From: Utricularia gibba
Lineage: Eukaryota; Plantae; Magnoliophyta
Direction: 5' to 3'
NCBI GenBank assembly: GCA_002189035.1
Contig: CM007989.1
Coordinates: 124,001 to 188,000 of the forward strand
Length of the DNA stretch: 64,000 nt
Made by a program: the position numbers and the translations under genes. Position 1 is the stretch's first letter. Each line of letters starts with the position of its first letter. Below are positions 37,076 through 51,193 of the stretch, piece by piece. Below the pieces are notes generated by a model. That model was not told the DNA's origin. It ran no database searches and was given only the letters and a program-made list of their open reading frames with translations.

Positions 37076-40000
37076 CTACTGAAGGCCAAGGCGGCATATG
37101 GGATTTCTTTTGACGAGGCTGAGATCGACCTGCCCAAAGTACCAGTGCAGGAGTGAACGAAGATGGACGGAGAACGAGCAAGAGTTTTAGTTATACCTTA
37201 TGGCCAGCAAGATCTCGGATGTTGTCGATCCCGTATAGAATCATTGTAGGCCTGAATGGGAGGCAGACAAACAAAGAGTTCAGCATTGCGGCATAGCTTC
37301 AGTCTGCAGTTGCTGCAGCTATGACGATACCACATTACCTTTCAAGAGAAAGCCCCCATGCTATCACCTGAACATCTTCAGGTAGCCCCATCGGCCGTAG
37401 CATTTCAGGTCTAAACATGCCCGAGTTTCCGATCTCGACCCACTTCTGTAAACCTTCATGGTAACTTGAGCGCCACAAGAAAAACTCATTAGCCCACAGT
37501 CCTATGTTACAAGTATTTGGGGGTACAGGAAATCACCTGAAGATTTCCATGCTTGGTTCGGTGTAAGGATTGTAAGCAGGCTTGAACTTCAGCTTGGACA
37601 TTCCTAATATCCATGGAAACGGTAAAGAAAAAAATTAATTATACAGTGATCACAGAAACCTCGTATGCGAATCAAAAGCTGTTGTACCGATTCGAGAAAA
37701 GAATGCATGAAGAACTCCAATCAAGTGACCAAGGGTGAGGCCACGATCGCAAATTAAGCCTATAACCATAGGACATCAGTATTTATTAAAAAACAGTTGA
37801 ATGTATTCGGTGAAGTACAAATACCTTCTATTTGATGGAATTCTGCCAGATGAGTTCGATCCACTGCTTCATTTCTGAAAACCAGGTCTATCGAATAGTA
37901 TTTCTTTGGCTCAAATTTTACCTGATGAAAGCATAAATTATAAGTGAAGACATGCTGATCAAAGTAGCGTAAAAAGATACATAGGTTTATGCTAACCTTA
38001 GCTAGTTCATACAGCATTCTAGCAGAAACAGCCGTTGTATGTGTCCGTAGAACATTTTTGTTTGCTTCCTCTCTCTTCCACTCACAGCCATAGCTAGAAA
38101 ACACAAAAATTTTATGGCTTCGGTTCAAGTATTCAATGAAAAAGTAGCAGAGTTTTTAACCACATCATCAAGCCAATGAACAAACTCAAGAACATAAAAA
38201 TGCATTTGACCTACCCCTTGGATCCATAGCCCCCAGACTCGTGAATTGTTTTGACCCTCTCAATATAGTCTTCTGGTAGTGATTGTGTTGTTGAAGGCTC
38301 TGTTAAGTACTTCCACCCATAAGAAAAAAGGGGAACCCAGCCCAAAACATAAGCACAAGTTTATATTTGAATCAAACCTTCCAAAAAGAAAGTATCATGT
38401 GAATCACGAGCTGGGTGTTGCTGTGGCTGGAAGAGAGAATCGAAATTCCAGAAGCTGAAGCCACAAATTACAAAACAAGAAAATGTCATTAAAGCACTAA
38501 AAGGAGACAATGGTGAAGACAGGTGACCATAGATGTGAGAGCACACCTGCTCTCCACGTATTGGTTGGTTGGCATCTCCTCAAAACTGCATTACAAAATC
38601 AAACATTAATGCTAACAACGCTTGAGTAGGTAAAGTAAGCACAGCATAGCATACCCCATCTGAAGGAAAATCTTTCGAAACTGGTCACTTACCTGCAATA
38701 AAATATATAGACGTAACCAGTTGAGAGAAGCAGATACAATTATTTGAAATTGTAAAACATTTTGTCAGAAGCCTCCAGCGTCTAGGGGGGGTAAAAATGT
38801 TTTACGAGATGGCATGCCTTATGTAATGGATGAAAGTGGCCTCCCTCAGTTGGCTGGCCCTTCGCATCGAAATTATACTCTTTGAATTCGAGATCCTTCC
38901 ATTCACCCCTTCAATTGAAGGAAACAGAAACAGTGAGCCAAAAAAATGAAGTCAAAGTAATTCTGAACAATGAACTGCACAAAAAGAGCAAACGGAAGTA
39001 TCACCTCTGTAAATTCTCTCGAGTTAAATCAGTAGCGACTCTTTTTCTTTTTGGTGCGTAGTTGGGACCCTTTCTAACAGAGTAGCCTTTCCAAGTTCTA
39101 ACATGAAAAAAGTACAAAAAACATGAAGAAGATGACAAAACTTAGTACGAACACCGTAAAAACCTGGAATGAGATGCATATAATCATGAAAAATATCAGG
39201 TCAGAAGACAATGGTCACTACAGATAATTACTGTGAAATAATGAGTTTCCTTCGCTTTAGAGAGTCGACATCTTCTGCATTAACAGCCTGCAATTCAACC
39301 GCAGATATTAGATGTAAAGCAAATTTGCAAAAGCAAGCGTGCATAACCATTTAAATGAGATTAAAAGCTGCAAATCACTTCTCACCTCTCCGTTCTGTAT
39401 TTGCATTAACAAATCTCTCACTTTGTCACTTACGTGTTCAACCTATAAATGTGTGAAAAGTTTCTAACTGTTACACTTCTCATTGATAAAATTACATCCC
39501 AATGTAAAGCAAATTCCTGGATACCTAAATAATATCAAAATTACCTTCCGAGAAACTTCAGACTTTCCCATTTCAATCCATTTATTTTTTATGGCCTGCG
39601 TGCTGCCTATTTTGTACATTGAGGCCTTCATCTTTTCCTGGGAAGTTTAAACAATCAGCCCCACAAGAATGGAGCGCATCCTGGTTCAATTCAGGAAAGA
39701 ATGAAATATATGAATTTATTACCTCAACATCATTTGGCAATCGTGATTCGAATATTTTCTGTACAGAGAATCACCACATGGGACATCTCCGTCACTCACA
39801 AAACCAAGTCATAAATCAGGAAACGTTATCAAGCTACCTGTAAACCTTCTCTCGTGATGCCTTCTGGAGGTACAGACATGAAAAGTTGCACTTCGGGAGA
39901 GCCAAACTTTGCATAAAGCTCACCTTCCTGGGTAAGAACCCATTTCTCCCTCTTTATATCCTGGAGATTTCAAATACTTCATCAACAGATAAAATCATCA

Positions 40001-40440
40001 ACTTCCCGTAAATTCATTATTTCATCGGAAATGTACCATTGAACGCAACATTGAAAACGAAATTAAACATCGAATCAAACATATGGATCTGTTTCCTATA
40101 ACGAGATTCTACATAATTATTTCTCCAAGTGAAGTTTTTTAGTTGAATCTCGTTCAAGATCACTACAAGTTTACATCAAAATGCCGAAACAGCCATGTTA
40201 CCGCAACTAACTCCAGTATTCCATATAACCTACTTCAAACACTGCGGCATTCCCCTTTCCGTTTAACTCAAAAGAATAAGAATGAACACTAGCCTTTGCA
40301 TCGACGAGACCAAAGCCATTGAGGCTTTTGATGATATTGACGATCTCATTGTGGTTGATTCCCTTCTCTTCAGAAAACTTACCAGAGTCAGAAATTTCTT
40401 CATTGCTCTGTAGATAACCAAGAACCGCTTCTTCTGCCAT
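37076..40440 (-). CDS. Cytosolic phenylalanine-tRNA ligase alpha subunit, about 15 exons; two probable GC-AG introns
   Basis: [105 protein letters not shown]. Confidence 0.96.
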
Positions 40441-40706
40441 TGAAGACACACCGGCGCAGCAAACCGTATCTCAGCGCCGCCGCAGAAAAGCCGAACGCAG
40501 AGAAATGACCAAGGGGAATGACTTCTTTTTTTTTCTTTGTTTATCTAAACTAAATGGGCCGGGCCATTCCCCACCGGAGTATCCAATTCAATAGCCCAAA
40601 TATGAAGAAGCTGTTGAAAAAAATCTGGGTGATCATTCTGGGTAGGGGGAATTGCGTGTTCTCCAGCAGAAATCGTATTCTGATTTCTGATCGGAAGAGT
40701 TCGAGT

Positions 40707-42323
40707 ATGATCAGCGGTGGCGGTGCACTGAAGAAGACTCAGCGCGTCGGCAGCGGCGGCCGTCTTTGTGCTGAGATTGATTCCTCCTACGACGGCGGAG
40801 ACCTGCCGGAATGCTCTCACAAGCAAATCACACTCCGCCGCTCGCCTTCTCTTTCCCTCCTCCCCGTCGCGTCGACGGTGGCCGGAGGATTCAATGACTC
40901 GGTTACTGCGGACGTTATCCTTCGCCTTATCCCCGATCAGAATGAGGTGCCTCCCGATTTCGTCTCCTCCATGGAGCAATCGGAAATTCAGATCTATCTT
41001 CATTCCAACGTTCTTCGCCGCTCGAAGTACTTTGCCGCGCTTTTATCTGATCGTTGGCAGCAGCTGAGTGGGTCGGCATCTGATAATTCTAAAACCAGCT
41101 CCAAATTTCACCGATTTAAGCTTCATGTTCCGGCTACTTCTGAATCCGTGAACCAATATTTAACTGTGCTGAAGCTTCACTACACTGATGATGTATTGTC
41201 TTCGGTTCAGAGTGTAAACACCGCTCTTGATTTGCTTCCTGTAGCACTTGAATTACTCTTTGAAGACTGTATCAAAGCTTGTGTGCGATTCCTTGAGGCC
41301 GTGCCTTGGACCGAAGAAGAGGAAAAGAAAGTATTGAGTTTAGTTCCTCTCATGAGTGATGATGAGGCAAAGGAGCTTCTTGAGAGGATGTATCCAGTTA
41401 AAAGCGATCTATCTGAGGAAATGCTTCATGGGTTGATCCTCTCCGCGATTCACAATCATCCAAACATGTGTTTTGCCAAGGCATTTGTGGCCAAGCTTCT
41501 AAGGGAATTTTCTTCTAAGGAGTCGGCAAGAAGAGTCCTGGATAAGGCGTTTGAGAAGAGTTTGAGGGTTGTGAAACAGTCGCTGGAAGAGTACTCTAGT
41601 CCTGATTTTCGAGGTGATCATAACGAAACGGAGGCAATTCAGAGATTGAATTTGCACACTGCTATGACAAATGGGAAGCATCTATTGTGGCTGGTTGAAA
41701 GGATGATCGAACTTAAAGTGGCGGATACAGCCGTGAAGATCTGGAGTGAGCAGTCATCACTCACAGCTGATCTACAGAGAGCTTTTCGTGATGATTCCTG
41801 GAGAAACATCGTTCCAAGCCTCCCTGCAGTTGTTCTTCGGTGCACCAGCAAGCTAGCAAATGCTGTTGCCTCTGGAAATATTTTAGCCAATAGACAGGTA
41901 TGAACCCCATTCCCTGTCCTTGATGAGATTTTGAAATTCATAAATGTGAAATGAGTCACACACAATCATTGTTTTTGCTAAAAGTTAGGATTTATTCCAT
42001 TGAAAGGTGAACAAAGAATGTTTTCATTACCCTTCATTGGATAGGTGAGAATGAAGCTTGTGAAGGAGTGGCTTCCAGTTTTGATCATATGCAAGGATGG
42101 AGTTTTACCTATCGGAGGGCCGAGTAACAAATCTCTCTACTCGGAGCTGGAGGAAACATTTCTGGGAATCATATCCACCCTCTCCCTATCAACAGCACAG
42201 GAGCTACTCCTCCAGTGTCTTAGCTTCTCGACGCGCAATGTGGATGACTGCCCTCACTTGGTTTCCGCCTTCACCACTTGGTTTCGCCGTGCCAACCTTC
42301 CGGCCATCGACGGGCTGCTTTGA
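40707..42323 (+). CDS. BTB/POZ-domain protein (At3g05675-like family), 2 exons; start codon uncertain (in-frame ATGs at 40554, 40602 and 40707)
   Basis: DVILRL..IYLHSNVLRRSKYFAALLSDRW, CVRFLEAVPWTEEEE, RMKLVKEWLP, CPHLVSAFTTWFRR. Intron 41898 to about 42045. Confidence 0.9.
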
Positions 42324-42838
42324 AACCACAAACTGGATTTCCAGGCCATTCAGGTAGAGAGCAAGCTGTGCTTCAGTTTTCCTTTTTCTTCTGCCGGTCT
42401 CAGTGAAAGCGAAGTTTGCAGTTTCCTTGCTGTGGATCACCGTCGTCGAGTGACTCGAGGTGCACAACTGCAAAGCTTTCTGTGCACTAATCGTCTTATA
42501 ACTTGTAACCGGACCTTTTCTGTGCTGTGTTTTGTTGTGTACTACCTGTTTACAATGTAAATTAAAATATTAAGATGTAAAAAATGCCCACGTGTTTTCC
42601 CATTATTTATTTATTTATTTATTTTTTTAACCATTAAAAGTACCGTCTCTTCCATTGGGCTGTCGTAGTCGCCTCGCCTGCAAAACTTACTTCATTTGGG
42701 AGTTAGAGTTCAGAGATCAGCGAGGTCTTGAACTTCAGCATTCTGCTCTTCTGGTTCTTGGTTGTGAGGGCTGAAGATGAAGCTAAGGTGCTGAACTTTC
42801 TCTTTCTCCGAATCCATTCGCCGAGATAAGAAAAAAAA

Positions 42839-44865
42839 ATGTCAGTTGCTGAGTTGAGGGAGCGACATATTGCTGCGGCGGAAACCGCTGAAGCTCTCAG
42901 AGAAAGGTTGAAGCAGAAGCGTTGTCTTCTTCTGGACAGTGATGGTTCGAATCTAACGTAGCTTTGCTGATTTTTTTTTTCTGTAATTTGTTTTAAGATC
43001 AATGTTATGAGTAGACGAGTGCTTAATGTTCTTCAAGCGTGTGGCTCTGCCTCTAGATCTGTTTCATATGGTGGGAATTATCTCCTCTGCATTTTTTTTT
43101 TAATTTTATCTCAGTTGCGGGTTACGCGCGCTCGCAGGGGAGGACTCCTGTGACCTTTGGTACCACTGACCTCGTTTGTTGCCGGACTTTGCAGGGACAC
43201 ACTGGAAAGGTAGGCCGTGCGTTCCTTTTCGATGTTTTTTGAATATCGATACACTTGTTGTTTTGTGCCTGTAATGTGTGTAGTTTACTGAACTTCTCTT
43301 TTCTATCACTCGATTTCGTGGTCAGACTTCTTCTCGGTGAATGTGCATCAATTTATAGATGCACTAATGGATAATTAGTTTGCCAGTCGTTCAATCTGTT
43401 TGTTTTTAACTCTCGTTTGGGACTTGTAGACTGGGTCTGGAGCTACATTTCTTAAAATTTGTTTAGGAATCAAGTTGCTGTGGGTAATTTCAGGTTTATT
43501 CACTCGACTGGACTCCTGAAAAAAATCGCATTGTAAGTGCATCTCAAGATGGCAGATTAATAGTATGGAACGCTCTGACAAGCCAGAAGACTCATGCAAT
43601 CAAGCTACATTGTTCATGGGTTATGACCTGTGCCTTCTCGCCGAGTGGTCAATCCGTTGCATGTGGTGGCCTAGATAGCATGTGCTCTGTTTTTAACTTG
43701 AGCTCCCAAAATGATAGGGATGGGAATCTGCCGGTCTCCAGAATGCTGAGTGGGCATAAGGGTTATGTATCTTCCTGCCAGTATGTTCCAGATGGGGATA
43801 CTCATTTGATTACTGCTTCGGGGGATCGAACATGTGTGCTGTGGGATATAACGACAGGATTGAGGACCGCCATGTACGGAGGTGAATTTCAGTCTGGTCA
43901 TGAAAAGATGTTTTAAGGTATGCTCCACGCTTTCTTCTGTTGATTTTCCTTTCCTGCTATCATAAACATTGATAGTTCTCTTCTGATTCAGTGTCTCAAT
44001 TAATGGATGCAATTGTCGAATGTTTGTGTCTGGTTCATGTGATCACACGGCCCGACTCTGGGATACTCGTGTTGCAAGTCGAGCTGTTCGCACGTTTCAT
44101 GGCCATGATGGAGATGTCAATTCTGTCAAGTTCTTTCCAGATGGGAACAGGTTTGGAACAGGGTCAGATGATGGAACATGTAGATTATTTGATATTAGAA
44201 CTGGCCACCAGCTGCAGGTGTATGGCCAACCACATACTAGCAATGAAGTTCCTCATGTAACCTCTATTGCATTTTCCATATCTGGCCGCCTTCTCTTTGC
44301 TTCGTATGACAATGGAGATTGCCTCGTCTGGGACACACTGTTAGCACAGGTATATTGGAGAGTGGTTAATCGTGGGCTGCATACTTGACAAGTGAAAATT
44401 TACGTATATTAATTTGATTAAAAAAGATGCTTTTCCATGTTTATAGGCTGTTCTGAACTTGGGAACCTTTCGAAATTCCCATGACGCCCGGGTCAGCTGC
44501 CTTGGACTCTCAGCTGATGGAAGTGCCTTATGTACAGGAAGCTGGGATACCAAACTCAAGGTCAATATATCATATATGCATATTTGTTTCTTCTCATCTT
44601 TCACATGTTTTCACGCAAAAGTAGCACAGAGAATACTGGTTGCTTCATCACAACCAGTAAGCTTAGCACATCAACTCCAGTCATTTACCCAAGTTGGAGT
44701 CAAATAAACCTTGAAACAAGTTGATGGTGGAATGGTGGAACAATTCCAACTGGGCTTGAGGACACGCATTCCCTTTTCCACACACATTCTCAGGCTTGAG
44801 CTTACTCTCTTTTTCTATGATGCTCGCAGATTTGGGCTTTTGGAGGGTGCAGAACAGTTGTATGA
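42839..44865 (+). CDS. AGB1: Heterotrimeric G-protein beta subunit, 6 exons; apparent 1-nt deficit at 43903-43906
   Basis: [91 protein letters not shown]. Confidence 0.97.
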
Positions 44866-45448
44866 ATGGCAAGGAGAAAGGGAAACTCTCCTCGCCTGTA
44901 TTTATTTAGTCTTGCTGGCTCCCCCAACTCATGCTGCTGTCGTAACCTGCAACGGATGCGCATGTGAGTGTGTTGTACATGTACTGTACTGCTCTTCTTC
45001 GTCCTCAAACTAGCTTTCTGTTGACGAAAATTGCAGAACTGACTGTCTTCGTGCTTTCAGATCATACCCTAAACTCTAAACCCTGGTTGCTTGTGATCCA
45101 ATTGATCGAGTATTGTTCTCCCAGCCCTGGAAGCGAACACGAAATATGTATATTCACCATAAAAATGTGATACGGTGACGGTACATGAAGCATTTTGAAG
45201 CCAGGAACCCCAAAGCCTCAAAGGCGCACCATGGTCGAGTCTTTTAACAAATATCCTTCTCTGTCGCTTTTTAAGACATTAAAATGAGGTCCAGAGGCAA
45301 GCAGCGGGATGGGCTACCCGCCCCTTGTGGATAACGAACGATCGACCAACTGACGCGGCCACGGTTGCTTCATTCCATTCTGATCCCTATCGGACCAGAT
45401 ATTTCAACCCAAAACCAGTTGGCAGTTCTGGATTCAGCACTGCTACCA

Positions 45449-47787
45449 ATGCATTCTCGCATTGCGTTTGCTCCCAGAACCCAATTTCCCGCTTCTTTTG
45501 TCTGTGCTTCATGTAGAGCTGGTAATGGCCGCAATCTCACGATTAGCGTCCTGTTCCATCCCAAAAGAACCGTGTTTGCGAAGCTTCGGATATCTGAAAA
45601 TGGTAGTAAAATTAAGGGTGAGAAGAAGATCTTGCAGTCTCCGCTGACGACTGAGTTCCGGGCTCCGGCGCCCGGCGGAGGTCCCGGGGAGGAGCCGCCG
45701 CCTCAGAGGAAGAAAGTGGGGAATACGTGGCTGCTGAAAGGCCAACAGAAGAAACTGTTGGCGCTTCTTTCTAACTTGCCTCTGGCCATTGCTGAGATGA
45801 TAGCGCTTGCTGTTTTGATGGCTTTAGGTCAACTATCCTGGCTGGTTCTCAGCTTTTTCCTCTTTACTAGACGTACCATGTGTTAGTAATAGCAAGATAA
45901 CTAGGTCTTGTGCTAATGTGTTTCTTTTCCATTAGGAACTGGTATTGATCAGGGGGAAGCGCCTGATTTTTATTTCCAGAAGTACTCCGAACAGAATCCG
46001 GTTTTCGGATTCATTACATGGAGATGGATTCTCACCCTGGGCTTTGATCACATGTTCTCATCTCCAATATTTTTGGTAACCGTAGCTCTCTTAGGAGCAT
46101 CACTTATGGCTTGTACATACACAACTCAGATCCCATTAGTGAAGATAGCAAAAAGGTATGCTTTTGTTGAATAATTGGTTCCTTTCTGCTCTTGATACGA
46201 AATGTAGGAGCTTTAAATGACATGATATCAACTGTTTCCCAGATGGTCGTTTTCATACTCATCCGAGGCAATTCGTAAGCAAGAATACTCTGATACGTTG
46301 CCTCGAGCATCAATACGTGATCTAGGCATTGTTCTTATGGGTGCTGGATATGAAGTATAGTTCTATTTCACTTTTGCTATATATTTTTCTGGTGTCAATG
46401 TTATAACATGCTTTACCACTCTGGAGTACCATCAATTCCTACACAACTGCTGTATAATCTTAATCAGTTTCTGAAATTATTCAGGTGTTCTTGAAGGGGC
46501 CATCATTGTATGCCTTCAAGGGCCTAGCAGGTAGGTTTGCTCCCATTGGAGTACATTTAGCGTTGCTGCTGATAATGTCGGGTGGAACTCTTAGTGCTGT
46601 CGGGAGCTTTCAGGGATCTGTGATGGTTCCACAGGGACTGAACTTTGTCCTAGGTGATGTGATGCGGCCATCAGGTTTTCTGTCAACACCTTTGGAATCT
46701 TTTAACATGGAAGTTCATGTGAATCGATTCTACATGGACTATCATAGCAGTGGGGAGGTGAGAGTTTATGAATTTTCAGCATGGAGTCTTGTGACATTTC
46801 ACGTTTGCTCTGTTTTTTTTTTCTGCTGGGATGTAGTTTAAGTTTAATCTTTCTGAAAGAACAGCCATTTACTTTGTTGCCCCGAGCCATTTTTTTGGTG
46901 TTCCAGGTTGCACAATTTCACAGTGATCTTTTACTCTTGGACTTGAACGGCAAGGAGGTATTGAGAAAGACGATAAGCGTGAATGACCCTTTGCGGTACG
47001 ATGGAGTGGCTCTGTACCAGACAGATTGGAGTTTATCAACACTGCAAATAATGAAGGATGGTGAAGGACCATTCAATTTAGCCATGGCGCCATTGCAAGT
47101 CAGTGGAGACAAGAAGCTGTATGGAGCTTTTCTACCTTTAGGAAGTGCGGATTCCATGGATCTTAAAGGAATGTGAGTGGTGTCCCTCCTCAAAGTCAAG
47201 TTTGTAATCTCTCCCTACCTCCCACTTCTCTTACTCCGTAACTCTTTCTGTCCAGATCCATGCTCGCTCGTGATACACAGTCGGTGGTGCTTTATGATCA
47301 AGAAGGGAAATTCGCTGGTGTGAGACGACCAAACTCCAAGCTCCCAATCAACATTGACGGCGTAGAAATCGTTGTGCTTGATGCCATAGGCAGTACTGGC
47401 CTTGAAATAAAGGTGGATACCCTGTCTTCTCCCCAATATCAGGCTTGCTCTAGATCCATTTTTCACAGCACTGAGCTGTTCCAAACAATGCAGACGGATC
47501 CCGGGGTGCCGATTGTCTATGCCGGCTTTGGTGCTCTGATGCTCACGACCTGCGTCAGTTTCCTTTCTCACTCTCAGGTATTCGATCAAGTTTCACACTT
47601 GGACTCGCCTACCCTGCTTCTTGAGCTGCCTTTCTTTTTTTGGTAGATTTGGGCCCTGCAAGATGGTAGCACCGTGGTCGTAGGAGGTAAAACCAACAGA
47701 TCCAAAGGGGAATTCCCTGACGAAATGAACTTTTTGCTGGATCAAGTCCCTGAGATTGTTGATTCTTCACCCAGCATCAGGCCATGA
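45449..47787 (+). CDS. CCS1: Plastid cytochrome c biogenesis protein CCS1 (ResB-like), 8 exons
   Basis: [100 protein letters not shown]. Confidence 0.95.
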
Positions 47788-48123
47788 GCCAGCCAAACAC
47801 ACGGTAGGGACACCCCGTGTCCACTGCGCATATCGTATGAGGACTATACGCATCCCGTGTCCCAGTCATGTTGTATATGAAGGAATACCACATACGTGTT
47901 AAATTCGGTCGTAAATTGCATCTTAGCTTATTCAAGTTCAAGCATGTACACGAGCGAGATTGGCGTGGCTTGTTTCCTTCTCGAAAGGAAAACGGTAATA
48001 AAAAAGAATAAAGAATTGGAATTCATGGACCACGAGGGCTGGGGATAAATAAATACCTACCGGTGCGGGTGATGGTGAGATGATCCTCGCTAGTGCGGTG
48101 TTCACTGAACGCCCTTCGTTTCC

Positions 48124-50798
48124 ATGGCTGTTGCGCTGCAGTTCTATCGGATCGCGGCTCAGAGTGGGCGTCCTTCACTGGACACAAGATCCTTCCGGCT
48201 GCGTAAACCTGCCTTTTTCCGATGTTCCGCCGTCGGAGACCCCGGGTCATCCTCAACGTCCGCGGTGAAATCGTCGGAGTTAGATACGAAGGCCTTCCGT
48301 CACAACTTGACAAGGAGTGACAATTATAACCGCAAGGGGTTCGGACGCAAGGAGGAAACGCTTGAGCAAATGAACCAGGAGTATACAAGTATTTTTTTTT
48401 TTTTTTCTCCCGGTCTCCGATCGGTAAAGAGAAAGTAGTTTCTTGCTAGTAATGGTACTATTTGAACTTGGCTTTCTGTGATCGGAAGGTGAGGCACGAT
48501 TTCTGGGTTTCATTTTCGGAATGCTTGTTGTTTGATGGAGCTCCAACTTGAGAAATATCCAGTAGAGGCTGTAGTTCTTATTCTTCTGATCTTGGAAGTT
48601 GCAAGCTGTGGAATCTATTAACTGTACTTGTTTTTAGACTTTTAAATCGCATTACTGTCTAGCCGTTTTTTTCCTTTCGTAAGTAGGATTCCTATACTCG
48701 GCATATCAATTTGATCATTCTGGGCATTCCAGGTGACATCATAAAGACATTGAAGGAGAACGGGTATGAATACACATGGGGAAATGTCACTGTGAAGCTT
48801 GCTGAAGCCTATGGATTTTGCTGGGGGTTGAGCGAGCTGTCCAGATTGCTTATGAAGTTCGAAAGCAGTTTCCATCTGAGAATATATGGATCACCAATGA
48901 AATTATTCACAACCCTACTGTTAATCAGGTTTGTCCATTCTTAACGCTGAGATTGCAGTATCTCTCTTCCTCTGCATATCTTGGGTGCTTATTTTGCGTG
49001 TATTCTTTATTTCAACTTTGATCACTTCACGATCATCGGACACATCATTCATAGTGATTGATGACTGAATATATGCTTTCTGCTTCCAGAGGCTTGAAGA
49101 AATGGAGATGAAAAACATCCCTCTTGACGCTGAAAAGAAAAAGCAGTTTGATGTTGTTAATGAAGGTGATGTGGTGGTACTTCCCGCATTTGGAGCTGGG
49201 GTTGATGAGATGTTACTCCTCAGTGAAAAGAACGTTCAGATAGTTGATACAACCTGCCCTTGGGTTTCTAAGGTATTCTTTTTTCCTCCTAATGAACATC
49301 GCAAGTGGTTCATGCTCACGATTTACATGCATTTTTTGCACATGAAGGTCTGGAACTCTGTAGAAAAGCACAAGAAGGGAGAATATACTTCAATTATTCA
49401 CGGTAAATATTCTCACGAAGAGACTATAGCTACTGCTTCTTTTGCAGGGAAGTATGTTATTGTAAAGAACATGCAAGAGGTATGTCCGTTCTGGTTTATT
49501 CTAATTTTCGTTGGTAATAAGAGCTGTTTTCAAGTATGGATATTGTGGTGTTGCAGGCCACTTATGTATGTGATTACATTTTGGGTGGTGGACTTGATGG
49601 ATCAAGTTCAACTAAAGAGGCCTTTTTGGAAGTACGTTGTATGCTTCACTTCCCTTGAATTTGTTGCTACACAGTATATCTTTAAATTTTGCGATCCTGA
49701 GAACTGCAATTTTGGAACTAGATTCAAATAAAAACGCAAATGGAAGTGGTGACAATGGAAAAAATCTGGATCTAGTGAACAAAATCTATGTTTTCATTGT
49801 GCATGTGAATGCCATGTGCAGAAATTTAAGAACGCAGTGTCCAAGGGGTTTGATCCTGACAATGATCTCTTGAAAGTTGGTATTGCAAATCAAACCACCA
49901 TGCTGAAGGGAGAAACAGAGGAGATTGGTCAGTACTAAAACTCTGGATTCTTTCAGCACATGATAATGTTACCCAAATGCCGTTTTTCTGCAGGAAAATT
50001 AATCGAGAGAACCATGATGCGCAAATTCGGGGTGGGAAACGTCGATGAACATTTTATGAGTTTCAATACCATTTGTGATGCAACCCAGGTAAGTTCTTTT
50101 TTCTGGAAGTTGAAGCCTTTAACCTTGGATTCGAGATCAATTAACAAGGTTTCCTTGGAAGTACTTCCAAAAACAGTCACACCATTTAACGCATCCTGAA
50201 CCGAAGAAACTGGTCCCATGGATTTTTTTTATTGAGATGTTAGGCACATCCCACTGTACTTGGACACGGTTCTATTCATCATCTAACATTTTTTTCTCAT
50301 CTCCCAGGAACGGCAAGATGCGATGTACAAGTTGGTTGATCAGAAAATCGATCTCATGATTGTTGTAGGTGGGTGGAACTCGAGCAATACCTCACACCTG
50401 CAGGAAATCGCGGAGTTGCGTGAGATTCCCTCGTACTGGATTGACAGCGTGAAAAGAATAGGCCCTGGAAACAAAATTAGCTACAAGCTTCTGGTACAGT
50501 CACGGCATTCCTTCCTGCTAGTATTCTGTCTGATTCACACCGTCCTTTTTACATGGGGGTTCGTCCTTCAGCATGGTGAGCTGGTGGAGAAAGAAGACTG
50601 GCTACCCAAAGGCCCCATAACAATCGGCGTCACATCCGGCGCATCCACTCCCGATAAGGTTATTATAACAGGATCCACATCCGCTTCTTACCAGACAAAC
50701 CACATTCAGGGTTTTTGTTTTGTTTGCACCAGGTTGTAGAAGATGTCCTTGAAAGGGTTTTCGAAATTAAGAGACAAGAATCACTGCAACTGGCTTAA
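48124..50798 (+). CDS. HDR: 4-hydroxy-3-methylbut-2-enyl diphosphate reductase (MEP pathway), 10 exons; apparent 1-nt deficit at 48823-48827
   Basis: [78 protein letters not shown]. Confidence 0.97.
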
Positions 50799-51193
50799 AC
50801 TGACCCATCCCCTCCTTGCGATGAGGGATGGCTTTCAAGGAAACTGTACTCTACTGGTTACTTTTCATGGTGAGTTTGTATTTGTTGTTGATCTACTCGT
50901 TACTTGTACCAGAAATATGGTCTTTGTTATGATGCAACACGACCAGAGAGCATCGTAATCGACCAATGCAAATCATGTTTAACAACTCAATTTCCATAAA
51001 ATATAGTAATGAGGAGAAAGTATTTTAGAGGCAATCAACCTTATGATAAAGGAAGAATTTAAATAATAATAATAATAATAATAATAAAGAGGAGGGATGG
51101 GCCCAGTAGCGGATTCCATATCTCCTTTTAACAACGAAACAAAAGGGAAGTAGCGCATTTCATCTTATTCTTATCTTCGCAATCTCGCCGGCC

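Noticed and set aside
40554-40706. N-terminal extension of the BTB protein from ATG 40554
   Set aside because: Overlaps the GGGCC-rich bidirectional promoter shared with PheRS and is not protein-like; ATG 40707 fits better.
45064-45085. CCCTAAACTCTAAACCCT telomere-like tract
   Set aside because: Two to three degenerate units only; consistent with a common telo-box or chance, not an interstitial telomere array.
11062-48827. Programmed ribosomal frameshifting or RNA editing as the cause of broken ORFs
   Set aside because: No shared slippery heptamer or downstream structure; unrelated essential genes are affected, always by a deficit, which fits sequencing error better.
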